Below, one piece after another: positions 42,232-56,539 of a DNA stretch of 64,000 nt. Within the stretch, counting starts at the first letter, position 1; each line of letters opens with the position of its first letter. The stretch is taken from assembly GCA_012295275.1 (NCBI GenBank), contig CM022667.1, positions 18,848,001 through 18,912,000 on the forward strand, written 5' to 3'. Under the pieces are notes generated by a model. It was not told where the DNA came from. It searched no databases and worked only from the letters and a program-made list of their open reading frames with translations. The translations under genes were made by a program, and so were the position numbers. Origin of the DNA: Chrysomallon squamiferum (lineage: Eukaryota; Animalia; Mollusca).

Positions 42232-43120
42232 CTCTGGCAAATATGAACGAATTTCAAATGATCGGTGTAATAGTTCGTACTAGGTAAATGTAACGTGTGT
42301 CTGTATTTAGTTCCTAATAACTACTGATAATCTTTCCAACAGAAGCAGACAGATCCGGACAGAAGCCCACGATTTCAGACAATGTGACTGATGTTTGGTC
42401 AATAAGTACATTATCAAACGCCTGAAATTGTTATCTGTTAACCGCAGATTATATATTTTATAATAGAAATGAATGTGTGTTGTTGTAATTGTCTGTTTAT
42501 TCAATATAATGACTGTCAGTGGCAGTTAGAAACACGCCTGTATTTTCTTACCAAGAGACATGTTTGAAATAAATTGTTAAAATATAAATATAGAAAGAAA
42601 ATTAAAATTTAATTAATAACAAGGTGCAGTCGTTATTGGTTTTAAAATACTGACATTTCAGATGTTTGTTGACGTTCATTGCCTTTGAAAGCATTTATTT
42701 TTAATATTTCTAAAAATAAAACACTATGTATACAATTATTTATGTATGTATGTGTGTATGTATGCACATGTGTTTGTGTATATGTTTGTCTATGTGTGTG
42801 TGTGTGTATGTAAGTATATATAAGTACGGATCTGAATACATATATATGTGCATTTGTATCTATATACGTATGTGTGTAAATATTTATGCTCATCTATTCA
42901 TCCTTTCATAAAAACATGTCTTGTAAGAAAAAAGATGTGTATGCTGATTATTTTCCCAAATCAGAGAGATCTAAACATGTACGTAATATTATGAAGATAT
43001 AATAAGCTATATTACCACAGAATTCAGATGATTGATAGCGATACGGAATTAAAACAAAACAGTTCGATTCACCCATATATATTTTTATTCCTAGTAAACC
43101 TAAAATGTCGATGTTTGAGT

Positions 43121-43391
43121 CTATTTGTCGCGATTGAGACAGACACGTGGACACATGAACATGCAGTCGTCGGAGTCGTCGTCGCAGTCTTCATCAACGT
43201 GGCATTCGTCGCGATCATCACAATCAGTGTCAACGCCGCAGATTCCTTCACATTTTCCTGTCGAAGTTAAAAATAAAATTGGTTAGTTATTGTGTAGAGA
43301 AACACCCCCGTGAAGCAGTGTCTGTAGTTATTTCCAAATCTTCAATATGGCTGACAACTCAAAAGAAGCCATGATATTATTATTATTATTA

Positions 43392-43440
<49 letters not shown>

Positions 43441-44154
43441 CGTCATCACCATCATCATCATTATAGTGAAAAAAGAATTTGAGAAATAAAGAAATGAAAC
43501 GGAAATTCTTCTATCATTTCCTAATTATTTTTTAATCTTTCAATATGATAAAAACAATAATTGTAAATATTTTTACACAGTAATATAATATATATATTTC
43601 TGATTCGTCCAGTTTTCATTAAACTGTAATGATATTATATACGTGTATTTACCATCGTCGTTTCCGTTAGGATTTCCATTTGGATTACCGTTCCCGTTGC
43701 CATTTTCTATTCCGTTTCCGTTACCATTTCCATTTCCGTTTCCGTTTCCATTTCCATTTCCGTTACCATTACCATTTCCGTTTCCGTTGCCGTTGCCGTT
43801 GCCATTTGCTTGAGACAAAACCATTGTCACGGTTACAACGAGCATCTGTAATAATAATAATTAGAAAAAGAAGAAGAAGAAATAATCATGATAATGATAA
43901 TAATAATAATAATAATAATAACAATAAATAAAAATAAAAGAAGATCATGAAATCAAATATCAAGATGTTCAAAACTTTATCCTCACTAACAATTATATAA
44001 AACACAAATAAAATTTTAGATCTTCTGTATTCATATCATTATTGATATTACTATTATCCTCCTACTCCTCCTCCTCCTCAACATCATCATCATCATCATC
44101 ATCATCATAATAATAATAATAATAATAATTCGTCTTCTTTTTCTTCTTCTTCTT

Positions 44155-44222
<68 letters not shown>

Positions 44223-44336
44223 CACTGTTGTTGTTTTTGCTGCTGCTGCTGCTGCAGCTGCTATTGTTGTAATTATTATTACAAAACAAAGAATACTTAC
44301 AAGGAATAACACACATCTGACGCTGAAGTTCGCCAT
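43121..44336 (-). CDS. Small secreted Asn-Gly-repeat, Asp/Cys-rich protein, 121 aa; exons 44336-44301, 43845-43653, 43257-43121
   Basis: Canonical splice sites (CTT|GTAAGT, TTACAG|ATG, GATG|GTAAAT, CGACAG|GA) with compatible phases 0 and 1 give 366 nt. Protein: MANFSVRCVLFLMLVVTVTMVLS-QA-(NG)16-IENGNGNGNPNGNPNGNDD-GKCEGICGVDTDCDDRDECHVDEDCDDDSDDCMFMCPRVCLNRDK*. AATAAA lies ~35 nt after the stop (43089-43084). Confidence 0.9.
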
Positions 44337-44359
44337 GATTTCAAAAGTAGCTTGAACAA

Positions 44360-44410
44360 ATGAAGTGATGCTGAATTGTCTTGTTATCTCTCTATATATA
44401 TATATACACC
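44360..44410 (-). promoter_or_regulatory. Candidate core promoter of the NG-repeat gene (TATA-like tract plus Inr-like TCAGC)
   Basis: The minus strand reads TATATATATATATAGAG, then ATTCAGCATCAC ~20-30 nt downstream and ~40 nt before the ATG. The TATA could be just a (TA)n microsatellite. Confidence 0.5.
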
Positions 44411-44794
44411 ACTGTCTGTCTTTCTCACTCTGCCTCGCAGAGTTCACGCATTAACATCAATCATAGCTTCAGAAACTTATCTGTCTAATAAATAAGTATT
44501 ACTTAACTTGTACCGCTACTGATCTACTAGCTCTCATTTCCTTTGATGTACCGCTTCAATTAAATCTTCAGAACTAGATCTCACAAAATTAACATATTTT
44601 CTAAAAGATTAATTATAAGATTATAGTTTTATTTAACTTTCTTTTATAATATTTTGGTATTTTTTATAAATCATCATTTACGAATGATACATATGTGGTT
44701 TGAATTGAGTGAAATAAATTGTTAAACAACAATAATAATGTTCATGTCATATTCTTCTGAAATAAATATTAATTAAATATAATATTAATGTAAA

Positions 44795-45112
44795 ATATAC
44801 ATTTGTGTGTAGCGAATAAAGATAAATTAGTGCTATATTCATGACACATTGCTGTATAGTTATTAATTAAATGTTAGTGTATACTGCTTTACACAGTACA
44901 CGTTTGTGCGTAATGATTAAATAAATATTAGTGTATACTGTTGTATTCAGTGCACGTTTCTGTTTAGTGATTAATTAAGTAAATATTAATGTAAACTACT
45001 ATATTCAGTACACGTTTGTGTGCAGTGATTAAATAAATAGTAGTGTGTACTGCTAGTGTGTAGTGTTAGTTGTTTTTAAATAAATATTAGTATTCAGTAC
45101 ACGTTTGGATGT
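44795..45112. repeat. ~52-bp minisatellite (~6 degenerate units)
   Basis: Recurring AAATATTAGTGTATACTG..ATTCAGTACACGTTTGTG..GTGATTAAAT. Confidence 0.85.
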
Positions 45113-45726
45113 AGCGGCATAGGCGTATGCTTAAGGCGGGGACGGAATGGTTGACTTGCCCCTAAAAAGAAAAAAGTACCAGACTTCCTCACTGTTTGTC
45201 AGAAATCTGCCTGCCTGAATCTTGTGCCAAGGGCTAAATAAATGATTAACATAAAATTTCAAAAACCTTTCCAAACAAATAAATATAACTTAAATTTAAA
45301 TTAATACAAAACAAAAATTTCAAAAAATAAAAATAGAAAAGGTTATCACAAGCACTTTCAATATGAACTTCAGAAAACTAATGTTGGTTATAATGGGACG
45401 CAGCTAAGCGGTACCGCTGATGCGAACTGATCCCGAGACAGTTCACGCCTGAGTAGATCGCGCTGACGTAGAGACACGTCTATTACCCACAGAAACAAAG
45501 GTCAGCGACCTCGGTGTAACGACGACGACAGGAATGTAGCGTGGACTGTGTGATGACAACATACACACACGTGTAATTAATGAAAACTCTGTCCGGATTA
45601 ATAACAGCAAGTGTATTCGTAATTCTTTACATAACACGCCATTGATTCACACACAGACATACACACGTATGTACTGTTTACAGAGAGTATCATGTCTTGC
45701 TTCATGTTTAGCTATTGTGGTTTACA

Positions 45727-45774
<48 letters not shown>

Positions 45775-46469
45775 AACAAACACACACACACACACACAAA
45801 CAAACACACACACACACACACAGACAGACGTACATACATACAAACATACATACATACATACAAAGAACGGCGGATGCCTGGGTGCCATGTGTTCGAATCT
45901 CGTCAGCGGCATCTGACATTTGTAAGATTTTGATTGGACGTCGTCCTCTAGTGCCAGTGCGTTACTGAAAATTGTGCAGAAAGGTTATTGTATTTCAAAC
46001 ATAATTGTTCGTCTGCATGTTTGTGTAATAAAAATAACTGTGAAAAAAAAGGAAACACGCTGCTGACTTTTTTTCATAGACTACGCATCGATCAGAAGCA
46101 AGGAACTTTCCCCAGAGATATTCTGATAAAGAATAATAATAATAAATAAATAATAAAATGTATATGCTTGTCTGCGGTAAACTTAACGCTTTGGTAAAGC
46201 AGTGTACCTCGGTTATACGCAGTTAAAAATGCATAAGCAGAAACAAGAGGCGCCTAGGGAGAATTCGTTGTTGAAGGTGTCCCCAGCTTTGTCAGTATTC
46301 GTTATCAGTTGTAGCATGCTTAATAATATCTTTATTTATTACGTGCATAATCAATATGTGACAGCAGTAAATGTATAGCATGCGAATTTTCATTTCTTTG
46401 TCTGAAGGAGCTTACTTCTCAATTTTTTGAATATCTATATAAAACCGAAAACAGTTATGACAATCTATT

Positions 46470-46537
<68 letters not shown>

Positions 46538-47193
46538 CATACATACATATATGCAGAGAGAGAAAAAGTGAGAGAGTCAGAGGACAGATCGATGGACAGA
46601 CAAAGAGATAGACAGACATATAGATTTAACATATTGGGTTAAATATACAGACAGACAGATAGTCAGACAGACAGATATGAAAGTTCACATTCACAGACAA
46701 GCAGAGTGAGAGATTTATTGAAATACGGTCTGACAGCATATATTAATTAATCAGCTCTAAATAAGATATATTACTCATGTGGACATCAGGATTCTTCACT
46801 CGTCGTTAAGTTTTAACGCGTTATAACGAAAGACTGGTTTATCACTTTCAGGGTGATATATGCGGACAAGTGCTGTCATAACGTCTCTTGGTACTGATAA
46901 TAAAAGGAATTCACGAAGTGACTACGTCGGACATACTGGGAGTGACTGCACAGTTTTAAGAAGCAAATTTCTGAATATGACATGTAAATACTAAACAACA
47001 GCCTGCATTGGTAATAATGTAATCAGTATAAACAAGATATAAATACAGTTTTATTACAGTTTTGGGGTATTTAATTCGACACCGGTACCACGGTCCAGTA
47101 TGCACGGTCATAAACGCGACATACCACGCTTGACTAATAACAACATAGTGATAGTTAGTAACTCAATTAATTTTTTAGAGTTTCCAGTTTCTT

Positions 47194-47225
<32 letters not shown>

Positions 47226-50200
47226 CTCTTTTGAGAAGTGTTCAGTGATGCCTAATGTGTGTACACGCTGTCAATCCACCTGAGAGCTGTGTCGAGTCAG
47301 ATAAAGCTAAGTCAGTCTGTTAATCGTAGTCTGAATGTAAAGTTTAGACAGCGCGCTATTTCAAAGTCTGTGGTTGTTTATTACTGTTAGATCCTGAACA
47401 GCAGATAACACAAGACGGATCGACGACATTTCCTGAACATCGCAGACAACTCAATTAAACAAAAAAATCTATAAGGGCTGAGTCTGAGACTAAATCGCAA
47501 TATGTGAATGTGTTTATTCACGTCTATGATAAATGTAATAGTGTTGTCTTTTTCTGCTTTTGTTTTGTTTGTTTGTTTCAAATCGAACTAATCAAAACCG
47601 TGTGAGGGTCAAGAAATAATAATCATATCTGTCTGAGGTGATATTTTTTTTATAGAAGTGAACGACATGCAAAATTTTATTAACTGTTCCATTTTTACGT
47701 AAATCCACAAATAACCTTCCCTGTATACACAGTATATTTCGCCGTCTTTGTGGTCATCATTATCATTATTGTTACTGTTAATATAGTTGTCGCAGTTGCT
47801 GTTCGTTTCTTAATCGTCGCTGTTGCTGTTGTTGTTGTTTCTGTAGATGTTGTTGTTGTTGTTTCTGTAGATGTTGTTGCTGTCGTTGTCGTCATCGTTA
47901 TAGCTGTTTCTGGTGTTGCTGCAGATCATTTTGCTGGTGTTGCCATTGTCGCCTTCGTTGTTGCTATTGTTGTATTAGAGGAAATGAAATGATATTATGA
48001 AGCTATCGAAATAACCTTTAGATATTAACTTTCGTGATAACAGTAAATCAGTATTAATTACACGGGTACAAAACGCGATGTGGTACACATGAAAGATAAA
48101 ACCTTATTCTAATCCTTAGTTCTTTAACAAAGCGCTGAAATGATGAACTATTTTGTGTTCCAGATTGACAAATTCTGTTTTCTCCAATACTGCAAACAAA
48201 ACTAATAAAACTGATTTAATTATTCTCTGCCGATATTTTGCTAGGATGATGTATTTTTTCTTTCATTCTTTCTTTCTTTTCTTCCACTGTTTGTTTCTTT
48301 CAATCTCCATTCCTCTCTTCATCTTTTCTTTCTAATTTTCTTTTTTTCATTCTTCACTCCTTCAGCAAAAACAACAACAACAAGAAGGACAGCAACAACA
48401 ACAACAACAAAAATTATAATAATAATAATAATCATCATGATGATGGTAATAACAATAACAGTAACAGTAACAACAGTGATGACGATGATGACGACGATGA
48501 TGATAATAATAATAACGATAACAACAACGATAATAATAATAATAATAATAATAACAACAACAACAACAATAATAATAATAATAATAAACTGAATGAAAAA
48601 GACAAATAATATAACCAACAAAAACAGACTAATTATTACAGCAATAATTGTTTATTGGAGAATAAAATTAATTTTAAAAATGTGTTCAATATTAATTAAA
48701 CAGCTGCGCTTTGCAACTCTTAACAATGCACGTTTGAAAGTCTGTTTCAGTTCTCATTACATTGTGAAATGAACGAAGCGACGATAGTAATATGTTGTAC
48801 TGATTATGTTTTACAGATCTGACGATAATGAAATACGTGTGTAAGTAATCGAAATAAACAGATAGAGATACAGAAATAAATATAAGTACATTCCTCAGAA
48901 AAATACACGCCATACACAAGTACACGAAAGTACTTTTATTTAACCTTTACATGTGTGTGTGTGTGTGTCTGTGTGTGTGTTTGTGTGTGTGCGTGTGTTT
49001 CTGGTGGATTAAAGAGAGATAACTGTAGTATAGTTTAAAATAGATTTTAATGTTTTTTTGTTAATTTTACAAACAAAGTGGACTCAGGTGAAATAGAGTA
49101 TTTGGTTGAGTGAGTTGTTTTAGAAGTAGATTATATTTAACTAAGTTATCAATTTATTATCAGGTTTAAAAAAATAAAAACCATTTTAGAATATTTGTGT
49201 TAGATGTTACTATCCCGATCATATTTTACTTTTAGTTTATGTTTGATAATGTAGTTTATTATGTAAAGTATATTATATTTTAATCAGATATCAATGTTTC
49301 AGTTATTGTAGATTTTGTTGCATATTAATTAGTTGCTGTTGTACAAGTGTTTAGAAAATTAGGTATCGCTGAACTTGTTAATGCAAATTATTTAATTAAA
49401 AATAAATGTTAAAATACATTTTACTAGAGGACATTTTATTACTGCACTGTATTTAGAAAACTTTTTTTTTTTTTTGTCTTCATGGGTGTGTATCTGTGTG
49501 TATGTGTGTGTATGTGTGTATGTGTGTCTGTGTGTGTATGTATGTATGTCTGGTCTGTGTATGTGTGTGTTATTAAAATAATAGTTATCTGTGGTAATGA
49601 TCATGCTGATTATGATGATAATATTGCTAATAATATTAATAATAATGACAAATAAATAAATAAACAAACAGACTTACAAATAAACAAACAAACAAACAAA
49701 TAAATTATTTTTATTCTTGTAATACGAAAACAGGCTCTGTTTTCGATACCGTTATTTTATTCTTATTTTTACTATTTTTATATGGTTTTTTTAATCGTTG
49801 TTGGTGTTGTTTTATTTCCCCTTTTCTTTGTCTTTAAGCGAATAGACTCAGTCTGATGAATCATTTTCTACTATCTGTTAGAAACATGAAGAAGTTGAAC
49901 CTGTGAACGATGTTTTATTTATAACTAACTATATCTTAAGCAAGTGGAACGAACAGGCAGTGAAAGATAATTTTTCTTTCTGTACAGTTTCCTGTGAATA
50001 TGAAAAATGAACATATTTCTGTTGCCTGACAGTTTTGATCTGATAAGAAAAAAACTTCTGAAACATTTTTATCAGGATAATGCTAGTCGTCTGCTCTGAT
50101 GAACAACTGTTCTGTTCACCTAATACACTCTGTCAGATTTGGGCTCGCTTGTCTTTGAGAATATCAGTCGTTTCCATAGTTATACGTGTATTTTATCATG

Positions 50201-51350
50201 TAAAATGACATCATTTTTATCCTCGTTAAAACACTATTTTTATACGTTGCGTTAGACTTACTGCGTGATTTTTGTGTAAAGTCGCTTGTTATTTTGATCA
50301 TGACTAAAACAAACTGACACAGGTTTGCTATCTTGTGATTTCTTTTCTTGATTTCTTTTTTCTTTTACGTCATTCTTTTTATTTATTTATTTATTTGTTT
50401 GTCTCTTTATTCGTTTATTTATTTATTTATTTGTTTGTCTCTTTATTCGTTTATTTATTTATTTATTTATTATTAATATTATTATTTATTTATTTATTAA
50501 CTTATTATTTATTTTTTTATTTATTTTTTATTTTATTTTTTTTTTTTTAGATTTCTTTTTTTTTGTTCCTTCTTCTTCTTTTCAGTTTTTCTATATTATT
50601 TTAGTCTTTCCTTTTCATTGTCAATTTTTTTCTTTCTTATTTTGTTTATATTTTTTTTTCATTCTTTTTTTTTATTATTAGTTTTTTTATTATTGTTTTG
50701 TTTTTCTTTCTTTCTTTCTTTCTTTCATTATTTGGTTTAATTCCTTTCTTTTAGATTCTATTTTATTATTTTTCTTTCTTCTTTCTTTCTTTCTTTCTTT
50801 TTGTATTTCGTATTCTTAATTTCATTTTTTTTTTTTTTATTTTATTTTTTTTTTTTTTTTTTCAATTATAAATAAGACAAAATTACACTATTTAGCTGAA
50901 TACGGTCATAGTGAACCATTCAGAAGTTTTATTGGCTATTTCTTTTCAAATTTAACGATAATTTTTCTATTCTTTTCTGTTATGTGTGATAATTTTTATA
51001 ACGCTTCTAAAAGCCTTAATTCTGCATTGGACACGAAAAGTTCATAACAGTAAGATCTGTATAGGTGATTTTTGAAAATAGCGTCTGCTTTGCTATGTGG
51101 CCCCTAATTCAACATTGCACTGCCAGCATGAAACAGATTTCAATGTCTTTAAGACTATATTTGTATATTCAAAATAACTGATATGTACAACAAAACAAAT
51201 AACAAAACAAACAAACGAAACAAAAAAACAAAATGCTTTATACGTAAATCATAAACAGTTTTGCAACGTTGCAGTTACGAAAAACGAGACACTTAACAAA
51301 ACTAAATACTAACAAGTCAGTCTGGAAATTCTTCAGTGTAATAATTATAC

Positions 51351-51377
51351 GCGCATGCGCTGGAATGCGTGACGTCA
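51351..51377. promoter_or_regulatory. NRF1-type palindrome GCGCATGCGC next to a perfect CRE TGACGTCA
   Basis: Exact motifs at 51351-51360 and 51370-51377 in an otherwise very AT-rich region. Function is inferred only. Confidence 0.45.
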
Positions 51378-51677
51378 CAGTATTAGGCACCGTAATGTAA
51401 GATTTTGTCCAGTCGTGGCTTTACTGCTATAAGATGTCACTTCTAAGTCATAAACTGTAGTACTATTAATTTCTTAGTTGAGTGAAAAGTGACAGCAGCA
51501 ATTACATCATTTTGTTATTATCCTTTCCTTCAAAAGAGAAAACCGCTTTTTGGTTCTTATTAATATAGCTTTAGTGACGGTTTTTAAAATCACGATTGTT
51601 TGAAATATAATGTGAATTGTAACATTATTAACCAATTATAATAAGTAAATGATAGAATGATGGGTGTATCTGTATAA

Positions 51678-51816
<139 letters not shown>

Positions 51817-52987
51817 CATTATTATTATTATTATTATCTCAGATCGTTTTATCGGTGGTGTTTGTAACAGACACAAATCTTCAATCGATTTCTTGTGTTT
51901 GTCGAACTCAAGGTGCATTATCTTCAAAGACGTGTTTTTGTCTCTATTATCGATACCCTATCACCTGCAGGACACAATCACTGTTATCAGATTTTATCAA
52001 TCTCGTTACCAATACAGCTTCAAAGATCGAAGTCATCACAGATTACTGAGTTCAATGTACAAAGCACTAAAATAAAAAATAATTAAAAAAAAAAATAATA
52101 ATAAAAAGGTCAGTGGACCGAGGCGTGAAAGAACCCTGGATCAATACTCCTTAGTGACTTCATTTAAACCTGTTTCTGTTCCAGCCAGTGACAATATAAC
52201 ATTTATTAGTGTAATCTGATTTATTTCAGATATTTAGCCACGAAAAGTAGCTTATTTCGGTTTTATTGCATGTGTATGTGTATATGTACGTATGTGTATA
52301 TGTATATATGTATGTATGTAATGTATATGTATGTTAATATGATACTGTTACTATTACTACGCTGCTGCAACTATTACAAAAATACAAACACTGTACTACA
52401 AATACTACTGCTACAGCTGTAACTAACACTATATTACTATTAATTCAGCTATTACAACTAATATGTCCATTCAGCTTCTCCTAATACTAGTACTACTATT
52501 ACTACTTCATCTCTTTTCTTCGCCGCTAAATTTAAATCACTTTTCTTTTGTTGCATACAAATATACAATAATAAACATGCTAGGAGACCTATTAATAGCT
52601 GCAGTATTGACTGAGGTGGAATATGGCTACAGTATTGAATAATCGCATCAACAAAGTCGTAAAGACTATTCGATAATTCAATAATGTGTTCATCTCCGTT
52701 GTTCCGTGCCAGAAAGCTTCCATTGTCTTCTCGTTAACAAAGCTGAGATACTTTAGTTCCGACAAAGCTGATTTTAAAATTGACTCCAAGTGTTGTCAGT
52801 GTCCTGAAAGTTAATCTACAGACATGTATCTTTTTCTTCTTGTCATTCATTTTCTTCTTACAGGGTCGTTTTCTTTTTTTTTTTTTTTTTTTTTTTCACA
52901 ATTATTTTTTCTGCTTATGTTCTGCATCGATGTTGTTGGTATTGTTGTTGTCACGTTCATCACTACTATTGCTACAGCTGTAGGTTC

Positions 52988-53032
<45 letters not shown>

Positions 53033-54859
53033 TCAATATTTTTTATGACACCTCCGTTCATTTTATATTACGTTATTGTGTAACAATGTATGACATATAT
53101 ACGTATGCACACAATACTAATGATAATGCGAGAGAGAAAGGCGCTGTCACTGTATGGATGGTTACTCGTCGATAAAAAGAAACACATATGTTATACACAT
53201 TTTCCTAAAGACAACAAAGCGTCATACACCACTGTCTTTGATAGACAAAACGTCGAGCGCAGGATGGAACGGGAAACTGCCTTTTAAGGCAATTTTAAAG
53301 CAGATTGACCTTGCGAACCATTACTTATAATTACGTTTAAATGGCACATTCTACTTCTAAACAGCCTCGAGTCTGTGATTAAAAAGCTCTTCATGCTGAC
53401 ACTGTTAATTCAGTTTAGCTAACGCGAAGACGCGAAACGACAGTTAATGTTGCAGTTAATTCAAACTCTGCATTGAACAAACAACGTTCGATTACTGCAA
53501 TGCGACGTTGAAGCTTCCAGACATCGTCATTTTTACATCCTCTTAACGACAGGGGATAACTCCTAATTTAACACCCAACTTCCTCGTTTAAACAAACGTG
53601 CTTTGGGCCCACTGGATTAATGCTGGGAATTACTGTTTACAAATCTTCAGCGTGTTTGAGCCGTGGAATCAAAGAAATTAATATTTTCAGCTTGTGTGAA
53701 CTATGGATTCAAAGAAATTAAAAATTCTTAATCGCACTTCAAACACACGTTGATAATAGCTGTTATAAGATGTTTAATATAAATTTGTTTTAATAAACAA
53801 AATAAGTAGGAAATGACTCACTATTCGAAACCATCGAAGACAGTTCTACTGATTAGCAGTAAACAACATACTATGAACTTTGGTAGCTACTGTACAGAAC
53901 AGGAACGAGTTCTGTAAGGTAGCCGAGAAGGATTGATCCTGCTTTCATATGCATATTGATCCATACGCATGAACTGTCGCTTAATCTGTCTCAGACACAT
54001 ACTTTCTTTTACATTTGAATTTATATTTTATATCTGACGCACTATAGGAAGGCTTTCTTTTTGTATATATGTAATATGTGTGTATTTATCTATGTGTGTA
54101 TTTATGTACGTGTCTGTGTTTGTACGTATGTAAGTATGTATGTATGTATGTATGTATGTGTATGTATGTATGTATGTATATGTGTGTATGTATGCATGCA
54201 TGCATGTATGTATGTATGTATGTATGTATGTATGTATGCATTGATTTCATTTACCATAGCTTTCATTCAAATTACGTCACCAAAATTTTGTTATAAATAT
54301 CCATTCTTTTTTCACTTATTATTATTTAATAGTAGTATTTTATTATTATTATTATTTGTTAATCCACCTTTTTTCTTCTTCTTTTTTATTTTTATTTGTG
54401 TTTCTTTTTTTTTTTTTTTTTTTTTTTGTTGTTGTTGCGTTGCTATGTTGTTGTTTTGTTTTCGTTGCTATTTTCTTCATAGTTTCTTTTGTTTGTTTTT
54501 TTCTTGTGTATTAATCTCATTCCTAAGTTCCCATCCTGCTTTTTCATCTTTCCATATGAAAACATTAACATATTTTATTTACTACATTTGTCACAACAGA
54601 GAACAACGTGCAGTTGTTATCAGGTAATTATGGCGAGCTAATTAAAGGTAGAACGTAGCACAGACACAGAAATTCCGCAAGTAAAAGCAGAAAACAATTA
54701 GAACGAGTGTGAAGTTTGAGGCTTGTGTCACGAAAGAAAGTCTTAGCATACGAGGCCTTCAGGAATTCCTATCGATCGTCTGCCTAATCTACAATCAATT
54801 CGATTTGTGCGTCACACTCCGACAGGCGGGAAAAGAACGAGTCGGAACTGAGAGTTTCG

Positions 54860-55505
54860 TACACAGAGTTTTATATCTGTGTCTACGACTGGTGAGTTTT
54901 ATATCTGTTTCTACCACTGGTGAGTGTTATATCTGTTTCTACCACTACTGAAGAAAAGTGTTATAACTATCTACAGATTCTGTGGGAGTTCTATATCTAC
55001 TGTAGGAAAGTTATAACTATCTCTGTCTTCTGTGGGAGATTGTTACAGCTATAGCTTCAGTAGGAGAGTGTTATAACTATCTGTATCTTCTGTGGGAGAG
55101 TTATAACTGTCTGTATATTCTGTGACAGAGTTTAATAACTATATCTGTATCTTCTGTGGAAGAATGTTATAATTATCTACACCTTCTGTGGGAGAGTTTT
55201 ATATTTGTAGCTTCTACTGGAGAGTGTTATGACTTTCTCTAGCCTCTGTGAGTGTTTTGTAACAGTATTTTCTATGAGATCATTTTATAACTATCTTCTG
55301 CGGAGAATTTCATAGCTGTATCTGTATCTTCTGTGGATGAGTGTGGTAATTTATCAGTATTTTTCTGGGGGAGAGTTTTATAACTGTGCCTTATACTGGA
55401 GAGTTTTACATCTTCTGTACGTGAGTTTTATAACTATCTAAAACTTTTGTGAGAAAGAATTAAAACTGTATATTCTGTGAGTGAGTTATGTAACTGTATC
55501 TCTAC
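54860..55505. repeat. Degenerate ~30-bp minisatellite
   Basis: Many variants of GAGAGTTTTATAACTATCTGTATCTTCTGTGG in tandem. Confidence 0.8.
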
Positions 55506-55651
55506 CTCACTTCACTTTTATCTTTATTTCATAATAAAAAAAATTCTGACAGAAGAAGCGGGGGAAAAAATAATGATAATTTGCACATTTCTTCGTTAGC
55601 ATCGCTCAGATAGTGTTCCACACACACACACACATATACACACACACATAT

Positions 55652-55702
<51 letters not shown>

Positions 55703-56539
55703 AACATATTCAGGCCTGCATTAAAACGTCTTGTTCTGGTTAGAATAAATATTTCTTTTACTTGGCTTCCTGTGCGCAGCAGGATTTCAGTGGATTATCA
55801 GTTTAAAGTTCGAGCGATCTTGATGAAAACTTCATGTTTTATAAGCTGGCGATGTTGCGTCGTGGATGTGTTTAAAGTGTGAGTGATCGTAACCAAAACT
55901 TTGTTATTTATAAGGAACAGTCTTGCTTGACGTACTTAAAATGTAACTTATTTTAATGGAGATTTGTTTTGTTTTTTTATGGTGATCGTTTCTCATCTAC
56001 TTCCAGTTTTTGTGGACATGGGGATAAGATTAATTTATCTGATCTGCAAATAACACACCAAAAAAATAATTAAGAAAGAAAATAAGCTGGGTTATTTTTG
56101 TATGTGTGTTTCTTGTTGTTGTTATTTTTTTAACTTGGATTAAATAACTTTCCGTTTCAGATCGTTTCGCTTGTTACATGTGTGTTCAATGGAAATTTGT
56201 TTCACGAGGAACTACTAAAAGACAGCTTTGAAGAAAACCAAAAAAAAATGATGTCTTTCAGTGGGTCTTTTTAGACTTGTTTGCAGCACTTCATTTACTG
56301 TGAGTATCAAAAAATATAAAAAATTGATTCATAAAAATATGACAGTACGTTTTCAATATCTGTGAAAATTAAATACTTGTCTCAAACGTGAAAAGGGAGG
56401 ACGTAAAAAAAAAAAAAATAATAATAATAATAAAAATAATAATAAAAAAGAAGAAAAAGACAGACATCTGCAGATTAATTAAAAAAAAAAAAAAAGAAGA
56501 CAGAGCCAGACACAACAACAAAAAAAAGCAACAATAATA

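Noticed and set aside
43069-43251. Track ORF MKESAALTLIVMIATNAT.. resembling a signal peptide
   Set aside because: Wrong frame. The phase-compatible frame from the acceptor at 43257 gives the Asp/Cys-rich domain of the NG gene.
45865-45965. GTTCGAATC B-box-like motif suggesting a tRNA or tRNA-derived SINE
   Set aside because: No convincing A-box or cloverleaf and no second copy in the window; cannot be supported without a repeat library.
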